Program-made: the position numbers and the translations under genes
The notes under the pieces: generated by a model
Told to the model about the DNA's origin: nothing
Seen by the model: the letters and a program-made list of their open reading frames with translations, nothing else
Databases searched by the model: none
Origin: Nitrospirota bacterium
GTDB lineage: Bacteria; Nitrospirota; UBA9217
Assembly: GCA_963741205.1 (NCBI GenBank)
Contig: CAVUHW010000030.1
Span: 95,428 to 159,427 of the forward strand
DNA: 64,000 bases
Reading direction: 5' to 3'
Shown: piece after piece, positions 44,200-54,449 of the stretch
Layout of the letters: the number at the start of each line of letters is the position of its first letter
Numbering within the stretch: the stretch's first letter is position 1

Positions 44200-44969
44200 T
44201 CAGAATTGGAAGTACTTCGTCCTGCCCTTCCCCACCGGCTTCGCCGTTTTCAACATCATATCCACAAATTGTTTGGCGTTTTCCACAGCCTTTTCCACAG
44301 ACAATCCACGCGCAATGAACACCGCTATGGCCGAAGAAAGCAGGCACCCGGTGCCGTGAAACTCGCCTTTTCGCCGCGGCGTGGAAAAACTCGAGCACGG
44401 TTTTTCCTCCATACAGGGTGTCCACGGCCGGGCCCTTTCTGTGGCCGCCCTTGATGAGGACATACGAGGCGCCCATATCGAGGATTTTCCCGGCAGCGAA
44501 ATCCATGTCTTCATCGCATTCAAGGCCGATGCCGCTCAAGTACTTCGGCTTCGGAGATGTTCGGCGTAACAAGCAGGGCCAGCGGCAACAACTTTTTCTT
44601 GAGCGACATCGATAGCCTTATACTCCAACAAACGTGAACCTGAACTGGACATCATCACAGGATCGACGACAGATTCTTGATCTTGAATTTGCGAACAGCG
44701 GCCGCTACCGCCTCAACATTCTCTTTCGTCAAGAGCATGCCGGTCTTGACCGCATGGGGTTTGATGTCGGAAAGAAGCGCTTCGAGCTGGCGTGACAGCA
44801 TTGCCGCAGATACCGGTTCGACGCCGGAAACGCCCCGGCTGTTCTGTACGGTAAGCGCCGCGGGTATCGCCATGCCGAAGGCGCCGAGAGCCTGAAAGGT
44901 CTTGAGGTCCGCCTGGATGCCCGCGCCGGAGGACGGATCGGAGCCGGCTATGGAGAGGACTTTGATCAT
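44200..44969 (-). CDS. thiD: Hydroxymethylpyrimidine/phosphomethylpyrimidine kinase (indels)
   Basis: SIAGSDPSSGAGIQADLKTF, VKTGML, IKGGH, HGTGC. Confidence 0.9.
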
Positions 44970-45075
44970 AGTGAGTGCAGGAGTCAGGAGCACAGAAGTC
45001 AGAATAATCCAGTAGGAGGTAGATCGCCGACTTTTGTCTCGACTCCTGACTCCTGACTGCTGGCTACTGGATTCT

Positions 45076-45943
45076 CTACTCCAACTTCAGCTTGATCAGC
45101 TCCAGCGGATCGACTCTCGCGCCCTGCACGCGGACGCCCCAGTGCAGGTGCGCGCCTGTGGCGCGGCCGGTTGCGCCGACGAGGCCGATCACCTCGCCCT
45201 TTTTGACCTTCTGGCCGGGCTCAACAAGGACCTTGGACAGATGGAAAAACATGGTATAGATGCCCTCGCCGTGGTCAAGGACGATCGATTTGCCGGAGAA
45301 GTATTGTTCGTCGACCAGCGCAACGCTGCCGTTGTTCGGCGCGTATACTTCCTCGCCTTCCTCTGCCGTAACGTCGACGCCGGTGTGAGGGTTTTTCGGA
45401 ATGTTGTTCATGAACCGCTTGACGCCGAACTCGGTCCCGATCGGGCCTTCCCGGGGGTTCATAAAATTGCCTGCCCAGAGACGTGCCGTCTGGATCGGCC
45501 AGAGCTCGGCCATCTTCTTCTGACTCCCGTTCAGCGCGCGCCTCGTTCTCCGGTGAAAGTTCGACCATGTCTTTCGGCATCTTGAGCCGCTGGATGCGGT
45601 AGACCTTTTTAGACACCGTTACCACGCGGTGGACCGCTGCGCCGTGCGCGACGATATCGAGAGGGTATTTACCGGGTTCAGCAAGCAGGTCGATGCCGAC
45701 AACGGCTTTGTACGATTTTCTCGACGGGTTGAAATAGATTTTTTTGCCGTGAAATGTGCCCTCGACCGTGCCGGTAGCCCCCGATACGGTAACGAGCAGG
45801 ATGTCTCCGGGGCCGATCTTTTTGGGAGACAGGATGATTTTCGGCTGAACGGTCTTTGAACCGGCATAGGCCGGCAGGGCAATGATGACAAAGGCAAGGA
45901 GCGATAGAACGAAACACGCGAATCCGGCCTTCTTAATTTTCAT
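45076..45943 (-). CDS. M23-family metallopeptidase (one indel)
   Basis: Signal peptide; HTGVD, LDHG...HLS, GATGRATGAHLH. Confidence 0.9.
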
Positions 45944-46030
45944 TCCGCACTCCGCAATCCGCATTCCGCAATCTCCACACCCTTCTTTTCTCTGACTTAC
46001 GATTTCCAACTTCTTACTTCTGACTTCTTA
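45942..46030. repeat. Heptamer tandem repeats (AATCCGC / TGACTTC type; representative copy)
   Basis: Related tracts at 16543-16600, 40446-40530, 44976-45076, 53546-53660. Confidence 0.7.
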
Positions 46031-47316
46031 CTTCTTTCTTAAGATACTTGCTCACGCCCTTCATGGAACAGAACTCGCCGCACATGGTGCAGACGTCGGA
46101 TTCCTTGGGCATGCTCGACTCGCGAAGCGTCCGCGCCCGCTCGGGATTTATCGAAAGTTCGATCTGGCCCTTCCAGTCCAGCGCCTTCCTGCGCCTCGCC
46201 ATTTCCCTGTCCCAGTCCATGGCGCCCTTCACGCCCTTGGCGATGTCGGCGGCATGGGCCGCGATCCGGGATGCGATCACGCCCTCGCGCACATCGTCTA
46301 GGTCCGGCAGACGGAGGTGCTCCGACGGCGTTACGTAGCAGAGAAAATCCGCGCCCGCCGCCCCGGCAATTGCGCCGCCGATGGCGGAGGTGATATGGTC
46401 GTACCCCGGGGCGACGTCAGTCACGAGGGGCCCCAGCACGTAGAACGGCGCGCCCTTGCAGAGCTCCTTCTGGATCTTCATGTTCGTCTCTACCTGGTTG
46501 ATCGGCACATGGCCCGGGCCTTCGATCATCACCTGCACGCCCGCCTCGTGCGCCCGGTCGCGCAGTTCCCCGAGCGTGATCAACTCCTCGATCTGGGCCC
46601 GGTCCGTGGCGTCGGCAAGGCAGCCCGGCCGCATGCCGTCGCCGAGCGAAAGGGTCACGTCGAACTTCTTCGCTATTTCGACAAGGCGGTCGTACTGGGT
46701 AAACAGCGGGTTCTCGGCCTCGTTGTAGATCATCCATTCGAGGTGGAAGGCCCCGCCGCGGCTTACCACGTCCATGATCCTGCCCTGGCTTTTGAGCCGC
46801 TCCACGCTCGAGCATGGTCACGCCGCAGTGCACGGTCACGAAGTCCACGCCCTCTTCCGCCTGCTCCTCGATCACCCGAAACAGGAGGTCGGGGTCCATT
46901 TGAACGATCGCTTTTCCCTGCTCAACGGTCTCGACCGCTGCCTGGTAGATCGGCACGGTGCCGATGGACACGGTGGACTGTTTCAGGATCTCCGCGCGGA
47001 TGCCGACGATCGGACCGCCGGTTGAGAGGTCCATGACCGCGTCGGCGCCGGCTGCCACCGCCGCTTTGAGCTTGGCAATCTCATCATCGATGGACATCCG
47101 GTCCTTCGAAGTCCCGATGTTAGCGTTTATCTTGGTCCGTAGTCCCTTTCCCACGCCGAGCGGTGTGATGGACGTATGCCGGCTGTTGCGGGTAATGACG
47201 ATCGTGCCTTCGGCCACACCTTCGATCACGTGACTGACGCTCACGCCCTCGGCCCTTGCCACCGCCTCCATTTCGGGGGTGACGTTTCCTTTCCGTGCTT
47301 CAAGAATCTGGGTCAT
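46014..47316 (-). CDS. thiC: Phosphomethylpyrimidine synthase (one indel)
   Basis: [46 protein letters not shown]. Confidence 0.96.
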
Positions 47317-47350
47317 AGAACACCTCGTATTTGCTTCATTCTTTTACAGC

Positions 47351-47440
47351 CGTCATTCCCGCAAAAGCGGGAATCCAGTGGCTTTGTTTCAAAGCTAAAT
47401 TTCAAAAATAGATTCCCGATAGGAGCATTCGGGAATGACA
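47351..47440. repeat. Paired palindromic repeat GTCATTCC..GGAATCC / GGATTCC..GGAATGAC (representative copy)
   Basis: Other copies at 29928-30022, 35933-36009, ~38247-38315, 48108-48197, 49318-49434, 51861-51926; all intergenic. Confidence 0.85.
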
Positions 47441-47460
47441 AAAAAACACCATCGATAGTG

Positions 47461-48080
47461 TTACGAGCTGATCTTCTCGACAATCTCTTCCGCCGCTTTT
47501 TGTATGTCTTCCGCGGCAAAGATCGCCGAGATCATCGCAATGCCGTCCGCCCCGGCCTCAAGACCTCATGGATATTTTCAGTCTTGATACCGCCCAGGCC
47601 GAAGACGGGAATACGGACGTTTTTTTTTATATCGGAAAGCGCCTCCGTTCCGACCGGCGCTCCATAATGGAGCTTTGACGGTGTTTCGAATACCGGGCCG
47701 AAGGTGATGAAATCCGCCCCGTTTTTCTCCGCGTCGATCGCCTCTTTCAGGCTGTGCGTTGATACGCCCACGAGCATCCTGTTGCCGACGATACTTCTGA
47801 CCGCCTCCGGCGGCATACTCTGGTGGCCGAGGTGCACGCCGTCGGCTTCAACCGCGACAGCAACGTCCACTCGGTCATTGATGAGCAGCTTTGCGCCGAA
47901 TTCTCTTGTTACGGTCCGGAGCTCCTGCGCCACCGCGAGCAACTCCCTGATCGGCAGGTCCCGTTCCCGAAGCTGTATGGCACGGACACCGCCTTGAAGC
48001 GCAAGCCGCACGGCCTCGGGAAGCGGCGGTTTTGTCTGCTTCCGGTCGGTGATGAGGTAGAGCTTGAAGTCAATGTTCAT
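47461..48080 (-). CDS. thiE: Thiamine-phosphate synthase (one indel)
   Basis: LYLITD, QLRE, INDRVD, GVHLG, STHS, GPVFETPSK, LGGI. Confidence 0.92.
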
Positions 48081-48221
48081 AAAAACCTTTACCCATCACC
48101 ACTCGTCCGTCATTCCCGCATGGTTTCAGCGGGAATCCAGAGGCTTTCAAGTATCAAATATACCGGATCCCCGACTAGGAGCACTCGGGGATCGACGAAT
48201 ATAAAGAGTAGCGGGCTTCAC

Positions 48222-49001
48222 TCAGCTCCCGATCATCCCCTCGATCGGGCTGCTGGCCGTGGCGTAGAGCTTCTTCGCAATCCTGCCGGCCTTGTATGCG
48301 AGGCGGCCGGCAAGCACGCCGTACTTCATTGCCTCTGCCATCGCGATCGGGTCCTTCGCTCCGGCAATCGCCGTATTCAAAAGAACGGCGTCGCATCCGA
48401 GTTCCATCGCAAGCGCAACATCGGAAGCCGTGCCCACGCCCGCGTCAACGACTATGGGGACCTTCACCGTCTCCATGATGATCCGGATATTATACGGGTT
48501 CCTGATCCCGAGCCCCGAGCCGATGGGCGCGGCAAGCGGCATGATCGCCGGACAGCCGATGTCCACAAGCTTCCTCGCCATGATCGGGTCGTCGCTCGTG
48601 TAGGGCAGGACGATGAGCCCTTCCTTGACCAACACCTTCGCGGCTTCAAGGGTCGCCTCGTTGTCCGGGAACAGGGTCTTGTCATCGCCGATCACTTCGA
48701 GCTTCACGAGCTTCGTGATCCCCGCCTCCGCGGCCAGCATGGCGGTGCGGATCGCGTCCTTGGCAGTGTAGCAGCCCGCGGTATTCGGAAGGATCTTGTA
48801 TTTCTTCGGATCGATATAGTCGAGCAGGTTCTCCTTGCTCTTGTCGATGATATTGACGCGCCTCACCGATACCGTTACGACATCGGTGCCGGATGCCTCA
48901 ATGGCCCTTTTCGTCTCCGCGAAGTCCTTGTACTTTCCCGTCCCTACCCAGAGCCGGGACTGGAATTCAATGCCTGCGATAACCAGTTTGTCGTCTTTCA
49001 T
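48222..49001 (-). CDS. thiG: Thiazole synthase
   Basis: [40 protein letters not shown]. Confidence 0.97.
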   Translation of the reverse strand: MKDDKLVIAGIEFQSRLWVGTGKYKDFAETKRAIEASGTDVVTVSVRRVNIIDKSKENLLDYIDPKKYKILPNTAGCYTAKDAIRTAMLAAEAGITKLVKLEVIGDDKTLFPDNEATLEAAKVLVKEGLIVLPYTSDDPIMARKLVDIGCPAIMPLAAPIGSGLGIRNPYNIRIIMETVKVPIVVDAGVGTASDVALAMELGCDAVLLNTAIAGAKDPIAMAEAMKYGVLAGRLAYKAGRIAKKLYATASSPIEGMIGS

Positions 49002-49087
49002 GTTTTACTCCTTATGGACCAAGGCAACCATGTTGCCGTTGTGAATCTACAATCTACGCCGACGCGGTCGGCTCGCTCCATAAAGCC

Positions 49088-49288
49088 TCACCCGCCGCCC
49101 ATGAAACTCACGACTTCCAGGGAGTCTCCATCCTTTATGACTGTCGCGCCGTACCTGTCCTTTTTCACTATAATCTCGTTCAGTTCGACAGCCACGCGCT
49201 GGTGCTGGATCTTCAGGAATTCCAGCAGACCGACAATGGTGATGTTGTCGGGGATGTCTTTTTTTTCTCCGTTCAGGGTGATGATCAT
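49088..49288 (-). CDS. thiS: Sulfur carrier protein
   Basis: ITLNGE, VAVELN, C-terminal GGG. Confidence 0.95.
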   Translation of the reverse strand: MIITLNGEKKDIPDNITIVGLLEFLKIQHQRVAVELNEIIVKKDRYGATVIKDGDSLEVVSFMGGG

Positions 49289-49461
49289 AACGCCGCCTCC
49301 AGCCGCGGCCAAAATGGCGTCATCCCCGAGCGCTTTTATCGGGGATACGGTGTTTCGTCGTTTCCCTCAAAACCGGGTTTCCAATTGCGGCATTTCCCAG
49401 GTGTTGCCAAAACGCCGGGACAGGCGGGAATGACCTGTAACCTGGTTTGCTCGCAGCACAA

Positions 49462-49490
49462 AACAAAAAACCACACCCGGAGGCGTGGTT
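49462..49490 (-). terminator. Expression-platform terminator of TPP riboswitch
   Basis: AACCACGCC-tccg-GGTGTGGTT followed by T-run. Confidence 0.8.
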
Positions 49491-49514
49491 CGAAAGGTCT
49501 CGATTAAATCTTTT

Positions 49515-49600
49515 CGCCTTCCCTACGCCGGCACTACCCGGATCAGGTTCCAAGGGTCGTCCCGAGAAGGGACTCTCAGCCATGCGGCTCCCCCAGCTAA
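49515..49600 (-). ncRNA. TPP (THI-box) riboswitch
   Basis: GGGGAGCC...CTGAGA...GACCCTTGGAACCTGATCCGGGTAGTGCCGGCGTAGGGAA upstream of thiS. Confidence 0.95.
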
Positions 49601-49739
49601 TGGTGCATATACAATACGTTATGAAAAGCCCGATGTCAACGAATTTCTGGCTGGATTCGCCCCGGAAGGAAACTACTGATACGAGAAGAGAGGCACTGCG
49701 ACAGTGTGAAACCGGAGACAGGACAAACGCAAGAGACGG

Positions 49740-50172
49740 TCAAACGTCTACGATCACTTCCGCGAGCCACCCGTCCGGTGTCTGGCGGACGCTGAATTTA
49801 TGGAGCGACACCGCCTTCACGTCGGCAGAGCAATTCATGCTTTTCCTGCGATATCTCTTCTCCGCAGGCCCTGACGCGGAGATGCCAGGACGAGGCACTC
49901 TGTTCCGGGTCAAGCTCGAACTTGTTAAAGAGCAGGCGCTCCGCGTCCTTGTAAAAGACCAGTTCCTGGAGAAAATGGTAGAGCAGCATTTCGGGGCTCT
50001 CTGCCGTTATCTCGAAGCATTTGATCGCGCTTTGTTCCATCTTCTCCATGTTTCCGATCATGGTATTCGTCATTGCCAGCGCGGCCGATTCGAGCAGCTC
50101 CCGCAGCGTCTTGCCCTCGGCCACGAAGGCCACGTCGGCGATCGTAACGTCTTCCAGATACCGGTACGGCAT
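49740..50172 (-). CDS. Archease (one indel)
   Basis: YRYLEDVTIADVAF...A; rejoined DVKAVSLH...VIVDV*; directly follows rtcB. Confidence 0.9.
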
Positions 50173-50173
50173 A

Positions 50174-51658
50174 TCACCCCTTCACGTTCCCGAGCGGGAC
50201 CAGCTTCACGACGGGCATCGAGATCCCCGCAGCCTTCGCGGCCTCGACCACGTCATCGATGTCCTTATATGCGAACCCGGCCTCTTCCGCCACGCCGGGA
50301 TAACTCACGGTCCGCACGTAGATTCCCCGCTCTTCGAGACCCCGAAGCAGCTCTCTGCCGTTCACCATGTGTTTCGCCTTGGTCCTGCTCATGGTCCTGC
50401 CGCTGCCATGGGCAGTCGAACAGAAGGTCTCGGCAGCAGCCGGCCCGCCTACGAGAAGATAGCTTCCCGTTTCCATGGAACCGCCGATAATGACCGGGGA
50501 GCCGTCGTCGCGGTAGCGCTCCGGAATCTCTTCCCGTCCGGGGGGATAGCAGCCTGTCGCCCCTTTCCTGTGGACGATCAGTTCCCTTGTCTTTCCGTTC
50601 ACCTTGTGCCTTTCCAGCGTTCCCCTGTTATGGGCGATATCAAAGACCATCTCCATGCCGAGGTCTTCCGCGCTCCGGTCAAAGACCTCGGAGAACACCT
50701 CGCGTACCCGGTGCAGGATCACCTGCCGGTTCGCGAAGCTCATGTTCACGGCGCAACCCATGGCCTTATAGTAGTCCTGGCCCTCCGGCGAACGAAAGGG
50801 AGCGCAGGCGAGTTCGCGGTCAAGGATCTTGATGCCGTACTTTCTCTCCATGACGGAAAGAAAAAGCTCCAGGTAATCGCTGGCAATCTGGTGGCCGAAG
50901 CCGCGGGACCCGCAGTGGAACATAACCACGACCTGGTTGGGAAAGATGCCCCACTTGGCCGCGAGTTTTTCGTTGAAGATGTTCTCCGGTCTGACCCATT
51001 GGATTTCCAGATAGTGGTTTCCCGAGCCGAGGGTCCCGATCTGGTTATACCCGCGTTCGATGGACCGCTGGGAAATCTTCGATTTGTCGGCCCAGTCCGC
51101 TCTGCCGTGCAGCTCGGTCCGCTCCAGGTCTTCCTTCCACCCGTAGCCTTTCCTGACTGCCCACTCCGCGCCCTCGACCGCGACCTGGTTTCTGAACTCT
51201 TCCCTGCTCATGTCCACGAAGCCCCGGCTGCCGACTCCCGCGGGCACGCGCCGGAAGAGCTTCTCGACCAGCGTTTTCAAGTGAGGCGCCACCTCTTCAC
51301 GGGTCAGGTTCGTAAGCACAAGCCGCATGCCGCAATTGATGTCGAAGCCGATGCCGCCCGGCGAAATGACGCCGCCCTCGTTCACATCGAAGGCGGCAAC
51401 GCCCCCGATCGGGAAACCGTACCCGCTGTGGCCGTCGGGCATGCAAAAGGCGAATTTCTGGATACCCGGCAGTGTGGCCACATTCGAGATCTGGTCATAG
51501 ACCTGCAGGTCCATGGCATCGAGCAGTTTCCGCGTGGCGATGATCCGGGCCGGTACGCGCATGCCCGGTTTGAAGGTCTTCGGGAGGTCCCACGTGACAT
51601 CCGTGATCCTGGCGAAGTCCGGTTTGTGCATCTGCATTTTTTCCGCAGGCATGGCCAT
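50174..51658 (-). CDS. rtcB: RtcB RNA ligase, archaeal/eukaryotic-like long form
   Basis: MPDGHSGYGFPIGG, GFDINCG, GTLGSGNHYLE, HCGSRG, HRKGAT, HGSGR, YKD. Confidence 0.96.
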   Translation of the reverse strand: MAMPAEKMQMHKPDFARITDVTWDLPKTFKPGMRVPARIIATRKLLDAMDLQVYDQISNVATLPGIQKFAFCMPDGHSGYGFPIGGVAAFDVNEGGVISPGGIGFDINCGMRLVLTNLTREEVAPHLKTLVEKLFRRVPAGVGSRGFVDMSREEFRNQVAVEGAEWAVRKGYGWKEDLERTELHGRADWADKSKISQRSIERGYNQIGTLGSGNHYLEIQWVRPENIFNEKLAAKWGIFPNQVVVMFHCGSRGFGHQIASDYLELFLSVMERKYGIKILDRELACAPFRSPEGQDYYKAMGCAVNMSFANRQVILHRVREVFSEVFDRSAEDLGMEMVFDIAHNRGTLERHKVNGKTRELIVHRKGATGCYPPGREEIPERYRDDGSPVIIGGSMETGSYLLVGGPAAAETFCSTAHGSGRTMSRTKAKHMVNGRELLRGLEERGIYVRTVSYPGVAEEAGFAYKDIDDVVEAAKAAGISMPVVKLVPLGNVKG

Positions 51659-51955
51659 ACACCGCCTCAGGGAAAATACTCACTGCTATCTTCTGCTTCA
51701 ATACAATCACGTTTTATTTAAATCGTCAAGGCAGGCAAATAGGAGGAGGCGTGCCGTGATACTTTCGCATTAAAGCTGCGGCTACAGACAATGATCCGCC
51801 GATAACAACAATGTAGTGCGTCCAATCTGCTTTACATGTTTTTGTCGTTGCGTACTTACGTGTCATTCCCGCGGAAGTGGGAATCCATTTAATTAGATAG
51901 GATTCCGGGCCAAGCCCGGAATGACAGAATGAGAAAAATATCTATGCTCGCGACA

Positions 51956-52552
51956 CTAGCCGTTCACCAATCTTACCACGGCCATTCCGTCTTCGAAGTA
52001 ATCAACGATGTTGAGCGCGCCGAAAGACTGGTCTATCCGGAAGAGATTCATCATGTTCATGCCGAGCGCTTCGGCAAGAATGACGCGATTCACGCCGCCG
52101 TGAAGAAGCAGGGCTATTTCCGCGTCAGGGTGGGAGCCGACGATCCCCAGGTACGCCGGCAGGATGCGTCGTCGTACGTCAAGCAGGCATTCTCCGCCCG
52201 GTGGACGGTAGTTGAGGAGGTCGGCACGCCACGCGGCGTATTCTTCCGGAAAGCGCGCTTTGATCTCTTCCGCAGTCAATCCCTCCCAGGCGCCCACGCT
52301 CCGTTCCCGAAGGACCTCAAGGGAAATCGGCGCGACGCCGGCTTGCTCTGCAATGATCCGCGCGCCTTTCACGGACCGGATGAGGTCGCTGGAGTAGACG
52401 GCGGCAAGACTCTTCCCGGTAAGCAGGCCGGCTAGCCGGTGCATCTGTCGCACGCCGTTTTCGGTTATGTCCACGTCGATGTGGCCGTTATAGCGCCTTT
52501 CGCCGCCGTTCGCCACTTCTCCGTGGCGCATGAGGTAGACCCTGGTAGGCAT
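51956..52552 (-). CDS. cobC: Histidine phosphatase, alpha-ribazole phosphatase-like
   Basis: RHGE, SSDLIRS, GAWEGL, HGGVNR; follows cobS. Confidence 0.82.
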   Translation of the reverse strand: MPTRVYLMRHGEVANGGERRYNGHIDVDITENGVRQMHRLAGLLTGKSLAAVYSSDLIRSVKGARIIAEQAGVAPISLEVLRERSVGAWEGLTAEEIKARFPEEYAAWRADLLNYRPPGGECLLDVRRRILPAYLGIVGSHPDAEIALLLHGGVNRVILAEALGMNMMNLFRIDQSFGALNIVDYFEDGMAVVRLVNG

Positions 52553-52554
52553 TG

Positions 52555-53325
52555 TCAGTTTCCGCTGGAGAACAGCACGAAAAGCAGGAGCACCAGCACT
52601 TCGTTCAGTTCGCTTATCGCGCCGATGGCATCACCCGTTACCCCCCCGAGTTTCCGGATGACGTACTGTTTCCCAAGCCAACTCAAGAGCGCGGCGCCGC
52701 TGAGAAGGCAGAGTGCGAGGATCACCGACCGGATATCCAGGCGCACGACGACGAATGCCGTTAGCCCCGCGGCGACAGCCGAGGACGCAGCCAGGGTGCT
52801 CGCCCGGATATGGCCGACGAATGCGCCGGCCATGCCGTTTTCCCGGCCGTACCGGGCGTTGTATGCCATAAACGTTTGCGACCAGCGGGCCAGCACCGGA
52901 GCTGTCAGCAGTGCGACGATCCGTTCGCTTTCGAAGAGGGTGTTGAGACAAAGATACTTCAGGAACAGGACAAAAACGATGCCGAGCACCCCGGCGGTCC
53001 CGAGCCTGCTGTCCTTCATGATGCGAAGACGCGAGGCGTCGTCGTGTCCCCCCATGAGACCGTCCAGCGTGTCCGCCAGCCCGTCGATGTGGAGCGCCCT
53101 GGTGACCAGCACGGAGATGACGATGATCAGCAGCGTTGAGACCGGCTGCGGTAGGGCGACCAGGGCAAACGCCTTGTCCGCGTTAACCAGGATAAACCCG
53201 ATCAAGAAACCGATGAGCGGAAAATAGACCATGGATCGCGCCAGGTCGCTTTCCTCGATTCTGTGCTTCTTTTTCACCGTGAATATGGTGAGAAATTGGA
53301 GAGCCGTGATGAAATTGTTGATCAT
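52555..53325 (-). CDS. cobS: Adenosylcobinamide-GDP ribazoletransferase
   Basis: ALQFLT, LHIDGLADTLDG, IMKDSRLG, GGVTGDAIGA. Confidence 0.95.
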   Translation of the reverse strand: MINNFITALQFLTIFTVKKKHRIEESDLARSMVYFPLIGFLIGFILVNADKAFALVALPQPVSTLLIIVISVLVTRALHIDGLADTLDGLMGGHDDASRLRIMKDSRLGTAGVLGIVFVLFLKYLCLNTLFESERIVALLTAPVLARWSQTFMAYNARYGRENGMAGAFVGHIRASTLAASSAVAAGLTAFVVVRLDIRSVILALCLLSGAALLSWLGKQYVIRKLGGVTGDAIGAISELNEVLVLLLFVLFSSGN

Positions 53326-53366
53326 AGGTTGATTTTTTTTGCAACTGTTTATAAACTCCCTCCCCT

Positions 53367-53504
53367 TCAAAGGGAGGGCTGGGGTGCGAGCCTTCCGAGG
53401 CTCCCCTGCGGTTTGGTCAGGTTGTCGAGCTGCGCCTGGACCGCGTTCGTGCGTGAAACATCGACAGGCCGGATCTGTTTCAGTATATCGTGCAGTTTAT
53501 TCAT
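53367..53504 (-). pseudogene. cobT: 5' remnant of nicotinate-nucleotide-DMB phosphoribosyltransferase
   Basis: SD GGGAGG, then MNKLHDILKQIRPVD...LDNLTKPQGSLGRL running into a repeat and a stop. Confidence 0.85.
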
Positions 53505-53661
53505 GGAATTAATTCCTCCCCCTCAATAGTATGGTATGAAATCATTCTTCTACTTCTGACTTCTCGCTTCTGTCTTCATTCCCCATTCCGCAATCTGCAA
53601 TCCGCCTGCGCCCGCGTTTACGAGCGCATGGCGCGAGTGCAGGGTGAAATCCGCAATTGGT

Positions 53662-54183
53662 TCACTTTATCTTCATCGGTATCCCCGCCGCCGTAAAATA
53701 CACTTCATCGGCAGCCTGTGCGACCTTCTGGTTCAGCATGCCCGCAAAGTCCCGGAACTTCCTCGCAACGGGGTTGTCCGGCACGATTCCGAGACCCACC
53801 TCGTTCGACACCACGATGCAGGCCCCGGGGAAATCCCTGATCGCACTCACCAGCTCGTCGGAGCGGGAGAGGACGGCGCCGTCGCCGCCGCTGTGCGCCA
53901 TGACGTTGGAGAGCCAGAGCGTCAGGCAGTCGAGGAGCACGACCTCGTAGCGGGCGGCAAGCTTCCGCAGCAGCTCCGCCACGGCCAGGGGTTCTTCGTA
54001 GGTGTCCCAGACATGACCGCGGTCCTGCTGATGCTTCTCGATCCTTGCCGCCATTTCCGCGTCGAGCGCCTGCGCCGTGGCGATATAGGCGCGCCTGCCG
54101 GCGAGGTCCTGGGCCAGATGCTCGGCATGGGCCGACTTCCCGGACCGTGCCCCTCCGGTGACAAAATAGATTTTATGAGTCAT
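53662..54183 (-). CDS. cobU: Adenosylcobinamide kinase / guanylyltransferase
   Basis: GGARSGKS, YIATA, DCLTLWLSN, VSNEVGLGIVP, NQKVA. Confidence 0.96.
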   Translation of the reverse strand: MTHKIYFVTGGARSGKSAHAEHLAQDLAGRRAYIATAQALDAEMAARIEKHQQDRGHVWDTYEEPLAVAELLRKLAARYEVVLLDCLTLWLSNVMAHSGGDGAVLSRSDELVSAIRDFPGACIVVSNEVGLGIVPDNPVARKFRDFAGMLNQKVAQAADEVYFTAAGIPMKIK

Positions 54184-54203
54184 GGTCCTTTAAGATGCGG
54201 CGA

Positions 54204-54238
54204 CAAAAAAACCCCACCTGTTGGATCAGGCAGGGGTC
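54204..54238 (-). terminator. Intrinsic terminator after tRNA-like fragment
   Basis: ACCCC-TGCCTG...CAGGT-GGGGT followed by TTTTTT. Confidence 0.7.
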
Positions 54239-54266
54239 GTGAAGGTTGCGAACTGTCTATTAAAAG

Positions 54267-54291
54267 GGAGCAGGCGAGGGGTCTCGAACCC
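54267..54291 (-). other. 3' fragment of a tRNA-Gly-like gene (att-site-like)
   Basis: GGG-TTCGAGA-CCCCT-CGCCTGC-T-CC: T-loop, 3' acceptor strand, U discriminator; no 5' half. Confidence 0.6.
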
Positions 54292-54449
54292 GAAAAACCC
54301 CGTTGACCCGAACGATATTAAATCAAAAGGTTAGCATTGTCAAGCACGAGTTTTGTTGTGTTTTGTTGGTTTTTTTGCAGTAACTTTCAGAGGAGAAGGG
54401 GTTAAGGTCTCGGTGAAAGAAGGGAAATGAGGAACTCCCATCCGCCAAC

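Noticed and set aside
47823-51721. Long plus-strand ORFs (47823..49433, 50021..51721) and similar antisense ORFs such as 19268..20521
   Set aside because: Shadow ORFs opposite well-supported high-GC genes, with no recognisable motifs.
54184-54440. Cobalamin riboswitch upstream of cobU
   Set aside because: No B12-box or GGGAA...GCCCCCGC/GCCACTG core recognisable, and the leader is too short.
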